Positions 11,723 through 22,072 of a stretch of DNA of 64,000 bases are shown one piece after another (position 1 is the first letter of the stretch; every line of letters starts with the position of its first letter). A program made the position numbers and the translations under genes. Location: assembly GCA_965221765.1 (NCBI GenBank), contig OZ244911.1, forward strand, positions 567,100 through 631,099, given 5' to 3'. Source of the DNA: Flavobacteriaceae bacterium (GTDB lineage Bacteria > Bacteroidota > Bacteroidia > Flavobacteriales > Flavobacteriaceae). The notes beneath the pieces were generated by a model. The model did no database searches, had not been told where the DNA came from, and saw only the letters and a list, made by a program, of their open reading frames with translations.

Positions 11723-14578
11723 TTATAAAGAAATTTGATACCCTATCGATAGACTAGTGCCAGGATCTCGAAATCGAAAATATTGATCTTTAGCTCCAAA
11801 AGATTGATATAAACTTTCTCTTTTATCTCCCAAAATATTTTCTACTTTGAAAGTTAGAGAGGTATTGTTTTTAAAATTTTTTATCACATTTAGGCTCAAG
11901 TCATTGAATGGCATGGTATAGACATCGGGATAAAACCCATCACCGACCACTTCAAGTGTTTTTCCTTGAACATTAAAATATAAGCCGGCTTGAAGTCCTT
12001 TCTCACTCTGATCATAGGTTATGCCGGTATTGATTAAAAATGGCGATTGTCCTTGCAATTCTCTACCATCATCCAATGTTTCACCCTCTCTCAGTGCATT
12101 AGTTCGTAAATCTCTTTCATCGGCACTGAACGGCTCGTCTGAAATGATATAGGACCCATTAAAACTTAAACTGAAATATTTCAATATTGGAATCCATTCG
12201 GAAAGTCGTTTTCTCAATTCTAATTCAGCACCATAAATAGTTGCATCGCCAAGATTACGTGGGGTATAGTTTGAAGTGGCCGCTCTGACAAACCCTATTT
12301 CGATGGGATTGATTAAATTTTTATAAAATAAACTGAAAGCAAATAGTTGAGCAGATTGTGCATAATTTTCATATCGGATATCATAATTATCGATATATGC
12401 GGGTTTAATATCAATATTCCCAATAAAAGTCAAATTTGAAATAGGATCAAATATTGCTGCAATAGAAGCTTCTTTAAAACTTGGTCGAGCCGTGGTTTTG
12501 GAATATGCTAACCTCAAATTTGAATTTTGAGTTAAAGAATAGATCACATTGATCGATGGAAACAAATCTGTTTTATTCATTAATTCTTGATTTTCAAAAA
12601 CAAGGCCTCTTTGACTATTTTCTCCAGTATAGAACACCCTATAATTTTCTACTCTTAAACCAATGATTGATTTAATCTTTTCTGAAACATTAAACTCATT
12701 AGAAATATAACCCGCTATATTTTCTTGAATTGAACTAAACTTATTAACATCTTGTCTGATGGTCGTATTGGCATTGAAGAACGTTCCTTTTGGATTATCT
12801 ATGGATACGATATTATCCGCCGATAAAATTCTATTCGGATCTCCATTAATTCGATCCCAATGTCTTGAAGACGTATAATTAGTACTAATAGAAAACTCAT
12901 CGATATAAAAATCTCGTTCTTTTTGTGAAACATACCCCCCCAATTTTAATAACGCATCTCGACCAAATAAAGAATATCTTTGGGTAACATTAAGTTTTCC
13001 GACCATGTTCAATTCGTCTAAGTAACGCCATATCCTTTTTGGCTCCGCATTGTTTGGAATGCTAAACTCTTCATTTTCATCTTGAAAGGCTGTATTGCGG
13101 ATATCTTTATCATGGATTTTAGCGAGAGTGGCTGAACCCGTCCATTCAATTTTAAATTGACCATTATTGAAATTATGCAATCCTGAGAGTTGGATATTAG
13201 AAATAGAACGCTCAAAATATTCAAGGCTATATTTATTGAAGTCTATAAAGTCAGAAAATCTAGTTTCTTGACGAAAATCACCGGCCGTACTTTGTCCATT
13301 TTGGATATGAAACACATTTAATTTAAATCGACTCATCCCTGTTTTAAAAGATAACCCTAGCAATCCATTAGCAATGACATCATTTTCTCCTATAGATCCA
13401 AACTGGATACGATTTTTTTCAAACTCAAAAACGAATGTATCTGAATTGAGATTATAGATATTGTTTCGAGCTTCTTCAAAATAAGATTGACTCTTTTTGT
13501 AAGCCACCGAAAACAACACCCCTAGTTCCGATTCGTTACCTACAGAATATCGATTCGCTAGGCCCAAACTAAATCCATAATCCATGGCACTATTATTTGT
13601 CAATGGGCCCATTTGGGGATCAAATCTTTGCGCTAAAGACGAAATTCGATTGATAGATCCTAGTCCAGTACTAATTGTGGGATCTAATTCAACACCTAAC
13701 CTCGGATTAGAATCATCAGCAATTTGATCTTCTAGCGGATTGGCTCTTTTTCCATCATCAAATCCCAACCAATCAGTAGCACTACCTTCATAACCTAGGA
13801 ACTGATTGTTAAAATGCATTTTGGGATTGTACTCGATACTGGCTGAAACTAAAATTTCTTTTGAAGCAGGAATATCTTTTGTAATAATATCGATAACGCC
13901 CCCTGTAAAATCAGCTGGTAAATCGGCACGAGCTGACTTAGTGATCTGAATATTTGAAAGCATATTGGTCGGGAAAAGATCCATTTGGACTGTGTTTTTA
14001 TCGGGATCCAAACCTGGTATATCCACACCATTAAGTATGGATTTTGAATACCGATCTCCCAAGCCTCGCACATAAACGTATTTGCCTCCTTGAACAGAAA
14101 CGCCAGGGACTCTTTTTACAGCATTAGCGATTGTTGAAGCACCTACTTTTTTAAAAGATTGAGCTGATAGCCCATCCATGAGACTAGCTGATTTTTTTTG
14201 AATTTCCAAAACCGATGCTTCAGAATTGGTGTCGGCTTCGACACTAATAATGACTTCTTCCAATCCAGAAGCGGCTGATAATAGGACAATATCGAGTACC
14301 GCATAATCTCCTTCAGAAACTTTGATTCCTAAGATCTCTTTTGTCTGATACCCAATAAATGATGCGAGTATACTATAGGTGCCGGTATTCAAATCAATAC
14401 TAAAATTGCCGTCAAAATCAGTGATTACTCCTTGATCTGTCTCTTTGATGATGATGTTGGCAAAAGGAAGAGGTTCATTAAAGTCTCCATCTATAATTTT
14501 TCCTGAAATACCTTGTTGCGTATAACCGACAAACCCAATGATTAATGGGATAAGTAGAGCGTATTTATTTAGTAGCAT
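11723..14578 (-). CDS. TonB-dependent outer-membrane receptor with an N-terminal CarboxypepD_reg domain
   Basis: Signal peptide, CarboxypepD_reg-like ISGKIIDGDFNEPLPFANIIIKETDQGVITDFDGNFSI, plug region VPGVSVQGGKYVYVRGLGDRYS, and a long beta-barrel. 951 aa. Confidence 0.85.
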   Translation of the reverse strand: MLLNKYALLIPLIIGFVGYTQQGISGKIIDGDFNEPLPFANIIIKETDQGVITDFDGNFSIDLNTGTYSILASFIGYQTKEILGIKVSEGDYAVLDIVLLSAASGLEEVIISVEADTNSEASVLEIQKKSASLMDGLSAQSFKKVGASTIANAVKRVPGVSVQGGKYVYVRGLGDRYSKSILNGVDIPGLDPDKNTVQMDLFPTNMLSNIQITKSARADLPADFTGGVIDIITKDIPASKEILVSASIEYNPKMHFNNQFLGYEGSATDWLGFDDGKRANPLEDQIADDSNPRLGVELDPTISTGLGSINRISSLAQRFDPQMGPLTNNSAMDYGFSLGLANRYSVGNESELGVLFSVAYKKSQSYFEEARNNIYNLNSDTFVFEFEKNRIQFGSIGENDVIANGLLGLSFKTGMSRFKLNVFHIQNGQSTAGDFRQETRFSDFIDFNKYSLEYFERSISNIQLSGLHNFNNGQFKIEWTGSATLAKIHDKDIRNTAFQDENEEFSIPNNAEPKRIWRYLDELNMVGKLNVTQRYSLFGRDALLKLGGYVSQKERDFYIDEFSISTNYTSSRHWDRINGDPNRILSADNIVSIDNPKGTFFNANTTIRQDVNKFSSIQENIAGYISNEFNVSEKIKSIIGLRVENYRVFYTGENSQRGLVFENQELMNKTDLFPSINVIYSLTQNSNLRLAYSKTTARPSFKEASIAAIFDPISNLTFIGNIDIKPAYIDNYDIRYENYAQSAQLFAFSLFYKNLINPIEIGFVRAATSNYTPRNLGDATIYGAELELRKRLSEWIPILKYFSLSFNGSYIISDEPFSADERDLRTNALREGETLDDGRELQGQSPFLINTGITYDQSEKGLQAGLYFNVQGKTLEVVGDGFYPDVYTMPFNDLSLNVIKNFKNNTSLTFKVENILGDKRESLYQSFGAKDQYFRFRDPGTSLSIGYQISL

Positions 14579-14619
14579 TTTAGAGTTATAATATTAAATA
14601 TGGATTTCGTCATTATAAA

Positions 14620-14647
14620 TAAAAAAATGCCCAAAGGTATTGGGCAT
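14620..14647 (-). terminator. Rho-independent terminator downstream of the 14677..16314 lipoprotein gene
   Basis: Perfect 8-bp stem ATGCCCAA (14627..14634) / TTGGGCAT (14640..14647) with a 5-nt loop. On the minus strand it is followed by a T7 run (A7 at 14621..14627 on plus). It sits 30 nt after the stop codon. Confidence 0.6.
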
Positions 14648-14676
14648 TTATATTTTATTCCATCGATTGAAGGTTT

Positions 14677-16314
14677 TTATCGAGACTTATGCCATTGAGT
14701 CCAAGCAAATTCGTTAATATTTGCTCCTTGATCTCTGCCATCTTCAACAATTTGTGCAAAATCGCTTGCATCTGTTCCAAACGAAGTTGTATTACTCTTA
14801 TCAGCAAAAATACTGGCAAGTGTTGACGAGGGACAATTAGGCGCTTTAACGATAAATAAGTTTCTAAAGGCTAATAAGCCCTCTGCGTAATTTGCTGCCA
14901 CTGCTTGATTGTCTAATTCAAAATCTTGACCAACTGCAAAATGCTTGAATGTGACTTTATCGAGGATCCCTTGAGCATTTGAACGAAAGTCTGCCAGTTC
15001 TCCTTTTTCTCCGCCTAGGGATTCACAATTTTTATTCGTTGCACCATAAATGGTCGTATTCGTCAGTGTAAAACCCCCATCTAAGGAGCCCTCAGGACCA
15101 TCGATTTCTAATCCATGATCTGAAGCTCCTGTTAAGACAACTATTGAATTATAAATCGTTCCCATATAGGCTTGATCAATATCAATAGCATCGTCACCTT
15201 GTCCCCAAACCATAAGATTGGAAGCGTTCACTGTTCCGCCGAAAAATTCGATTCCATCATCTTTGTTATTAATGACCTCAATATTATTAATAATCGTTTG
15301 ACTACCCACACTACCCAATGTCAATCCATTGATTTCGTTTCCTTCTCCAATATCGGAACCCCCATATCTTATTGAAACATATTCCATCACACCTGAGTTA
15401 TCATTGGAATTATCCCCTCCATATAATCCATTGATATCATCGGTTGGAATTCCTTCAATTTGGACTTGTTTAACATCGTTTTTAAAAGAACCGGGGGCAT
15501 GACCTAATACGATGAATCCTCCCCACTGTCCTCTCACATCGGCTCCAGGTCTTTCAGCATTCGTTGCATAAGTACCATCTGCTTGTATTTTATCGGCTTG
15601 ATATGTCATGATAATTGGTCTTTCTGCTGTTCCCAATGCATAAATCTTTCCTCCTCTAGCAACCAAAAGTGCTGATGCATCAGCTCCGGTTCCAGGAGAT
15701 CCTTTTATCACGGTCCCAGCTGGAATTGTTAATATCTTTCCATTAGGGACTGTAACCCTTCCGTCTAATATGTATATATTTCCTGCAACTAAGGTTTGGT
15801 CTTGATCTAAAATACCAGAAAGAGTTATGGTTTCACTTTCTGTTTTTGTATCGGCGACCAATTTTTGTATCCCTCTAATTAGTTCAACCTCAGTACCTCC
15901 TGCATTAAAAGCAGAAACAAGATCTCGAAATCCAGTTGAAATATTTTCTAAAAGCTCAGAGTTTCCGCTTTTTGCAATTTCAGACTGATTACCGATCAAT
16001 GCAGCAACTTCATCGATTGCATTTCTAAATTGTTGTACTGTTTGTTGGAATACAGATTGGGGAACACCTTCTGTATTAGCTACTAAATCCCCTTCAAGTT
16101 TTGACACCTGATCTCGCAAAGATGTAATGGTACTATTAGCATTGGTTAAACTACTTTCAGCAGTGGTTTTAGCTTTATCAGCATCATTTAATTGATCTTG
16201 AAGCGTGCTAACCTGCTCACGTAGACTCTCTAGCTCGTCTTCATTGTCATCACAACTGACAAAAACAAACCCCATCGCTAAAAAAACCATAGGGAAATAA
16301 TAAATTAATTTCAT
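14677..16314 (-). CDS. Lipoprotein with an N-terminal coiled coil and a Gly/Asp-rich beta-rich C-terminal domain, partner of the adjacent TBDR
   Basis: The preferred start is the internal MKLIYYFPMVFLAMGFVFVSCDD (lipobox VSC) at 16314; the track ORF extends to 16362. The coiled-coil segment is LESLREQVSTLQDQLNDADKAKTTAESSL. No named family recognised. Confidence 0.55.
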   Translation of the reverse strand: MKLIYYFPMVFLAMGFVFVSCDDNEDELESLREQVSTLQDQLNDADKAKTTAESSLTNANSTITSLRDQVSKLEGDLVANTEGVPQSVFQQTVQQFRNAIDEVAALIGNQSEIAKSGNSELLENISTGFRDLVSAFNAGGTEVELIRGIQKLVADTKTESETITLSGILDQDQTLVAGNIYILDGRVTVPNGKILTIPAGTVIKGSPGTGADASALLVARGGKIYALGTAERPIIMTYQADKIQADGTYATNAERPGADVRGQWGGFIVLGHAPGSFKNDVKQVQIEGIPTDDINGLYGGDNSNDNSGVMEYVSIRYGGSDIGEGNEINGLTLGSVGSQTIINNIEVINNKDDGIEFFGGTVNASNLMVWGQGDDAIDIDQAYMGTIYNSIVVLTGASDHGLEIDGPEGSLDGGFTLTNTTIYGATNKNCESLGGEKGELADFRSNAQGILDKVTFKHFAVGQDFELDNQAVAANYAEGLLAFRNLFIVKAPNCPSSTLASIFADKSNTTSFGTDASDFAQIVEDGRDQGANINEFAWTQWHKSR

Positions 16315-16610
16315 GAGAATGATTAGATTTTTGATGTTGTGAAAATAAATGCCCAACATCAAGCGTATTTTACCAAATTATTAAATTTTCAATCCCTCAT
16401 GTTAACTTAATGTTATTTTTTCAATACTGGTTTTAACAATAAAGTAACTTTTAGAACTTATCTTTTTGAATATCAAATATTTAAAATGTTATTTGAGTTT
16501 TTATTAACCTTTTTAAACCATCCAAAACATCATGCTCATAAATGCATCAAAAAATACTCTACCCAGCATTTTTTATTCTGAATTACAGTTATCTTTAAAA
16601 TCAAAAATCA

Positions 16611-17831
16611 ATGTTTCGTTGGGCACTCATTATCGTCTTTTTATTATTGACATGGTATAGTTCACAAACCATTCGAACTGCATTGAACAGCCGAACTTGG
16701 CAATTGGTTTATGTAGGAAGTGTTCTATTAATATACGGGATGACTTTTTGGTTATTGTTGTTTTTTCCACGTCAGAATCAATTAGGCATCTTTAGACAGT
16801 ATCTCATCGGATTATCGATGGGATTGATGGTGTTTCAAGTACTCATTGTATTTTTTTTGTTTCTTGAAGATATTGTTAGACTATTTCAAGGAATCATTGC
16901 CTATTTTTCAAAAGGCACTCGGATCGACGATTTCTTTTTGCCTCAGAGAAGAACTTTTATTTCAAAAATTGCTGTATTAGTTGGTGCTATTCCATTGAGC
17001 TCAATCATTTATGGGATGTTTCGAGGGAAATATCATTATCGAATTCATGAGTACACTTTGACCTTTGAAGATTTACCCGCCTCTTTCGATGGCTTTACAA
17101 TCACCCAAATTTCAGATTTACATACGGGCAGTTTTGATAATAAAGAAAAAGTGGCTTATGGATTTGAATTAATCAATCAACTAGAATCTGATATCATTTT
17201 TTTTACTGGCGATTTGGTCAATGATCGGGCCTCAGAAGTGGACCCCTATAAATCTATATTTTCTTCTTTGAAAGCTAAAGAAGGTATCTTTTCAGTTTTA
17301 GGGAATCATGATTATGGAGATTATACAGCATGGGAATCACCACTAGAAAAAGAAAAAAATCTACTGGCCATGTATCAACTTCATCAAGAACTAGGCTGGC
17401 ATCTGTTATTAAATGAATTCACTATCATTGACAGAAATGGTGAACAAATTGCTATTGTGGGTGTAGAAAACTGGGGTACTGGTCGTTTTAGAAAATCGGG
17501 AGATCTCCAAAAAGCACTCGAAAATCTTTCGGAAGATAAATTCAAAATTTTATTATCTCATGATCCATCGCATTGGGATGCCAAAGTTTTATCGTCCCCT
17601 AATCCTATTCATTTGACACTAAGCGGGCATACTCATGGGATGCAATTCGGTATTGAAATTCCTAGCGTTATCAAGTGGAGTCCCGTCTCTTGGCGTTATA
17701 AGCAATGGGCGGGAATCTATCAACAAAGAGATCGATACCTCAATGTTAATCGAGGGTTTGGATACATCGCCTATCCAGGAAGGGTTGGCATCTATCCTGA
17801 AATTACCAAAATCACCCTCAAAAGAGCTTGA
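16611..17831 (+). CDS. Membrane-anchored metallophosphoesterase (calcineurin-like)
   Basis: N-terminal TM helices followed by the canonical motif series: DLHTG, GDLVND, GNHDYG, GHTHG. Confidence 0.8.
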   Translation: MFRWALIIVFLLLTWYSSQTIRTALNSRTWQLVYVGSVLLIYGMTFWLLLFFPRQNQLGIFRQYLIGLSMGLMVFQVLIVFFLFLEDIVRLFQGIIAYFSKGTRIDDFFLPQRRTFISKIAVLVGAIPLSSIIYGMFRGKYHYRIHEYTLTFEDLPASFDGFTITQISDLHTGSFDNKEKVAYGFELINQLESDIIFFTGDLVNDRASEVDPYKSIFSSLKAKEGIFSVLGNHDYGDYTAWESPLEKEKNLLAMYQLHQELGWHLLLNEFTIIDRNGEQIAIVGVENWGTGRFRKSGDLQKALENLSEDKFKILLSHDPSHWDAKVLSSPNPIHLTLSGHTHGMQFGIEIPSVIKWSPVSWRYKQWAGIYQQRDRYLNVNRGFGYIAYPGRVGIYPEITKITLKRA

Positions 17832-17885
17832 TTGAGAAGTACCATCGATTTTCTAATTTTTAATGATTACTCCATTCCAAAGATG

Positions 17886-18237
17886 TTATGAAAAATACTT
17901 GAGAGTTCGGTTTTTATCTTCCATGGATTTGTCTCCCTTGTAATATAATTCTATAAACGTTATTGTGTTTTCTTTTTTATCAAATGCATAAATAAGGCTC
18001 ATGCCTGAATTAATTCCTTTCGATTTAATACTCCTTATAGGCGAATTTCTTTCGTTTAATGATAACTGTTGATATCCCCAAGCCACCTATTCTAAAACTC
18101 CATGGAGGCTTTTCATTTGGATTCTCTTGCAATAATTTCTTGATAATTCCCAAATCTTCGGAGAGAGATTTAAATCGTCTTTTGGATAATTTCCTTAACT
18201 CTTTTTCAAACTCATCCAATGAGTCAAAATTCATCAT
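17886..18237 (-). pseudogene. RelE/ParE-superfamily-like toxin, frameshifted; cognate of the upstream Panacea antitoxin
   Basis: Two overlapping ORFs, 18025..18237 and 17886..18086. The first ends KRKKFAYKEY*. The second continues in another frame with SIKSKGINSGMSLIYAFDKKENTITFIELYYKGDKSMED. Removing one G at the AAGG near 18033..18036 would join them into about 117 aa. The 5' end overlaps the antitoxin gene by 14 nt. Confidence 0.5.
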
Positions 18238-18778
18238 TTATATCATACTCCCGAACGGTATACGGCTCTTCTCTATAAAATGCTAATTCATAATCTATAA
18301 CTTCATTAGGTTCGGTTACCCTCCAAGGAATATCATTGTGCGAATACTCGCTAATGTCTTTCGCTGATTTGTTTAATAATTGATCCATCACATTATCGAT
18401 GACTTTTTTCTCTCTTTGATGGAGTATTTTTAAACTTGGTGTTATGCAAGGAATGTATTTAATCCTAGGGAAATCCACAACTTGAATGGCCTTTTCTAAT
18501 ACCAAATTTGATTTTTTAAGCTCATCCAAGATTTGATTGAAATGTTTTGGCACAGGCCCATGTTCAAACTTAAGATATGTTTCTCCTATCATCTGCTCTT
18601 CATATGGTTCATAATGATTGAAATCTGAATAATATAAAAGTTTACAAATCATCGTTTTTCCTACATTAGGTTTGTCTTTACAAGAGTAGATGATATAAAA
18701 TAAAACCTCTTTAAACTTCTCTATATTTAATTTAGGTTCTGAAATCCTTTCTTGATATTCACTTAAAGATTTCATCAT
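18224..18778 (-). CDS. Panacea / SocA-like (DUF4065) antitoxin-domain protein
   Basis: KLLYYSDFNHYEPYEEQMIGETYLKFEHGPVP is the characteristic DUF4065 core. It lies upstream of, and overlaps, a small toxin-like gene. Confidence 0.7.
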   Translation of the reverse strand: MMKSLSEYQERISEPKLNIEKFKEVLFYIIYSCKDKPNVGKTMICKLLYYSDFNHYEPYEEQMIGETYLKFEHGPVPKHFNQILDELKKSNLVLEKAIQVVDFPRIKYIPCITPSLKILHQREKKVIDNVMDQLLNKSAKDISEYSHNDIPWRVTEPNEVIDYELAFYREEPYTVREYDINDEF

Positions 18779-19004
18779 GTGGTTGTATGTATTGTTAGGA
18801 TTTTTCTTTTTCTCTGCTCATTAACATTTGCCAGCCATCATAAAAGAGGCCATCGAATATCATTAATGACTATTTCTCCCAAAACTATTATGGTAACTAT
18901 CCTCTCTTTTCATAATAAAATGTGAATTCTGTTTATTTGCAAACACGATCCATAAGATGGACAACACCTTAGTGTCCTTATTGTGAATTTTAATTACTTG
19001 AAAA

Positions 19005-20581
19005 TTGAAAATCCCCATAATTGATCTTTTTGCTGGACCTGGAGGTTTGGGTGAGGGATTTTCCAAATTTGAGCATGAAGGTAATGGCGGTTTCGATGTT
19101 GCATTATCTATTGAAAATGAATCGAATGCTCACAAAACATTAGAACTAAGAAGTTTTTTTCGAAAATTCACTTCTAATCAAGTTCCAAAAGAGTACTACT
19201 CCATCATGCAAGAAAAAGATTTGAAAAAAAGAAGTCAACTAAGACAATCCCTATTTGAAAAATACCCTCAACAAGCTCAAAAAGCTAAGCTCGAGGCTTG
19301 GCAGACAACTTTAGGACAAACCACAATAAAAGAAGTGGATCAAAGAGTGCGTGAAGTATTAGCAGGAAAAGAAAATTGGGTTTTAATTGGAGGGCCTCCC
19401 TGTCAAGCATACTCATTGGCTGCTAGAGGACGACTAAATCCTAAAACAATTGAAGCCGATGAAAGATTGCATCTCTACAAAGAATTTGTAAGAATTGTTG
19501 CGGTGTACAGTCCTTCTGTTTTCCTAATGGAAAATGTCAAAGGGTTATTGTCATCGAAATCAAGAGGAGAAAGAATCTTTCCTAAAATCCTTTCTTATTT
19601 AGAATCTCCAAAGTTACTTTTTAATGTAGGACGCTATTGCTATAAATTGTACTCGTTATGTCAAGAGCAAGAAGATAAAAATAACGTTCATTCTAAATAT
19701 CTCATTAAATCTGAGAATTTTGGTATACCACAAAAAAGACACAGAGTGTTTGTATTGGGAATAAGAGAAGATATTAGCATGAAACCTCGTAATTTAGTGC
19801 AGTCTAAAACGACTGTTAGCGTGTCTGATGTAATTGCTGATTTGCCGATGATAAGAGCTAGTATAAATCGTTCTCTTGTGGTGGATAAGAATAGTTTTGA
19901 TTCAAAAAGAAGACAATACAAAAAAGAAGAAGATAGTTTTCAAAATTGGTTCAAAATAATGAGCACACACTATAAGGATATTAGCGATTACTTGCATATG
20001 GGTAATATTAATAAATTTGCCCCCCCCCATTAAATTCTGGTGCAGAATTTGTAAAAGGTCATACTCCTTCTAAGCTCAATCCCCTTTGTGATTGGTATCG
20101 TGATGAGAACATAAAAGGAGTTTCAAATCACGAGTCGAGATCTCACCTTGTTCAAGATTTAAAACGATATTTATTCTCGGCATTATGGGCCAAAAAACAC
20201 AAAAAGTCGCCAACCCTTTCAGATTATAAAAACACATGCGAGGATTTACTTCCCCACCATAAAAATGCTACATCTGGAAAGTTTTCAGATCGTTTTCGAG
20301 TTCAACTTGAAAATGAACCGGCTTTTACCATAACTAGTCATATTTCTGTGGATGGCCATTACTACATCCATTATGACCCTTTACAATGCCGAAGCTTTAC
20401 GGTCAGAGAAGCTGCGAGAATACAAACCTTCCCTGATAATTACTTGTTCTGTGGAAGCAGAACAGCACAATACAAACAAATCGGTAATGCTGTTCCTCCT
20501 CTACTAGCAAAACAAATAGCCGCAATTGTTTTCAACATATTAAGGCCTATTGGTAGTGATACGAATCAAGAAGAGACTTAA
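19005..20581 (+). pseudogene. dcm: DNA (cytosine-5)-methyltransferase, interrupted by a frameshift inside a C9 tract; possibly phase-variable rather than dead
   Basis: Frame A (19005..20033) has motif I DLFAGPGGLGEGF, motif IV GGPPCQAYS, motif VI ENVKGL and motif VIII QKRHRVFVLG. Frame B is open from 20015 to 20581 and has RSFTVREAARIQTFPDNY and QIGNAVPPLLA (motifs IX/X). The frames switch within C9 at 20020..20028. One extra C gives a continuous 525-aa ORF. TTG start. Confidence 0.85.
20020..20028 (+). repeat. C9 homopolymer at the frame break of the methyltransferase gene
   Basis: Reads aaatttgCCCCCCCCCattaa. The stop codon TAA follows 2 nt downstream in the 5' frame. Confidence 0.9.
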
Positions 20582-20596
20582 AATAACAATGTTAAG

Positions 20597-22072
20597 ATGA
20601 AACATCTCAAAGATTTGGACTATAACGATACACCACCAAATGCTGCAACAATGATTAATTCATTTAGAAGTTTCGGTTATGATTTAAAAACAGCAATAGC
20701 AGATGTAGTTGATAACAGTATTTCGGCATTGGCAAAAAACATATGGATTGATTACAAGTGGAAAGGGGGTAGTTCATGGGTTACCATTACAGATGATGGT
20801 TATGGAATGGATGGAAAAACATTAATTGAAGCCATGAGACCAGGTAGTAAAAACCCTCTTGATGAACGCGATGAAAAAGACTTGGGACGCTTTGGTCTTG
20901 GATTGAAAACATCTTCTTTTTCACAATGCAAATGCTTAACGGTTGTCGCTAAAAAACTCGGATATAATCTAATCAAACGACATTGGGATTTGGATTATGT
21001 TAATGACTCAGGAATATGGCGAATACACGATTATTTATCTGAAGATTATTTCACTCATCGACTTCAAAAGCTTGAAAGTGGAACAACAGTCATATGGGAG
21101 AAAATGGATCTGCTTTTAGGAGGATTAAGCATTAAAACTGAGAATGAAACCGCAATGAAGGCTTTTCTAAAAGAATTTGAAGAGGTTGAAAACCATCTCA
21201 GTTTAGTATTTCATCGCTATATCGATAGAAAGAAGCTAAATATTTGGATTAATGATCACAAGATAAAGGCATGGGATCCATTTATGAAAGAGGCTGACGG
21301 AACACAGAAAATTGCAGAAGAAAAATTAGATAACAGGCAAATACAGATTAGATGTTATGTGATTCCTCATAGTTCCAAAATAAGGGAAGAAGATTATAAG
21401 GAAACAAGAATAAATCAATGGTATGATTTGCAGGGGTTTTATATCTACAGAAATAATCGGCTTTTACTTTATGGAGATTGGTTAAAACTCTTCCCTAAAA
21501 AAGAATATTTTAAAAATGCTCGAATTCTTGTTGATATCCCAAACACCTTGGATAGTCATTGGAAAATTGATATCAAAAAAGCAAAAGCAACTCCACCAGT
21601 AACAGTTCGAAGTGATTTAAAAAGATTGGGGCTATTGACTCGGAAGCATGCTGCTAAAGTCCATCAGTTTAGAGAGTTCATCCCCCCTTATAGACCTCAT
21701 TTAAAGTTCCAATCCGTATGGCATGCCATTAGAAATAGGGACGGCATCATGCAATACAAGATTAATACAAGGCACACTATAATCGAAAACCTATTGAATA
21801 GGAACCAAATAAGCAAACGTGATTTTATAAAAGTGTTGTATCTCGTGGCACAAACCATACCCATTGAATCTATCATTCAATCTTATGATGAATATCCAAA
21901 TCATCATGATTGTATTCTTCACAAAGAATTAGAGCTTAAGACAATTGAATTTGCTAAAGATCTTTTTGAAACCTTGCTTTCTAGGGGGGAAACAAAAGAA
22001 AAAGCGAAACAAGAGATTTTAAGACTTGAACCATTCAACAACTATCCTCAACTAGAAAAGTACTTGGTGTGA
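20597..22072 (+). CDS. GHKL-superfamily ATPase (HATPase_c_3 / prokaryotic MORC-like)
   Basis: Bergerat-fold motifs in order: N-box DVVDNSISA, G1 box TDDGYGMD, G2 box GRFGLGLKTSSF. 491 aa. The start is 15 nt after the dcm stop. Confidence 0.8.
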   Translation: MKHLKDLDYNDTPPNAATMINSFRSFGYDLKTAIADVVDNSISALAKNIWIDYKWKGGSSWVTITDDGYGMDGKTLIEAMRPGSKNPLDERDEKDLGRFGLGLKTSSFSQCKCLTVVAKKLGYNLIKRHWDLDYVNDSGIWRIHDYLSEDYFTHRLQKLESGTTVIWEKMDLLLGGLSIKTENETAMKAFLKEFEEVENHLSLVFHRYIDRKKLNIWINDHKIKAWDPFMKEADGTQKIAEEKLDNRQIQIRCYVIPHSSKIREEDYKETRINQWYDLQGFYIYRNNRLLLYGDWLKLFPKKEYFKNARILVDIPNTLDSHWKIDIKKAKATPPVTVRSDLKRLGLLTRKHAAKVHQFREFIPPYRPHLKFQSVWHAIRNRDGIMQYKINTRHTIIENLLNRNQISKRDFIKVLYLVAQTIPIESIIQSYDEYPNHHDCILHKELELKTIEFAKDLFETLLSRGETKEKAKQEILRLEPFNNYPQLEKYLV

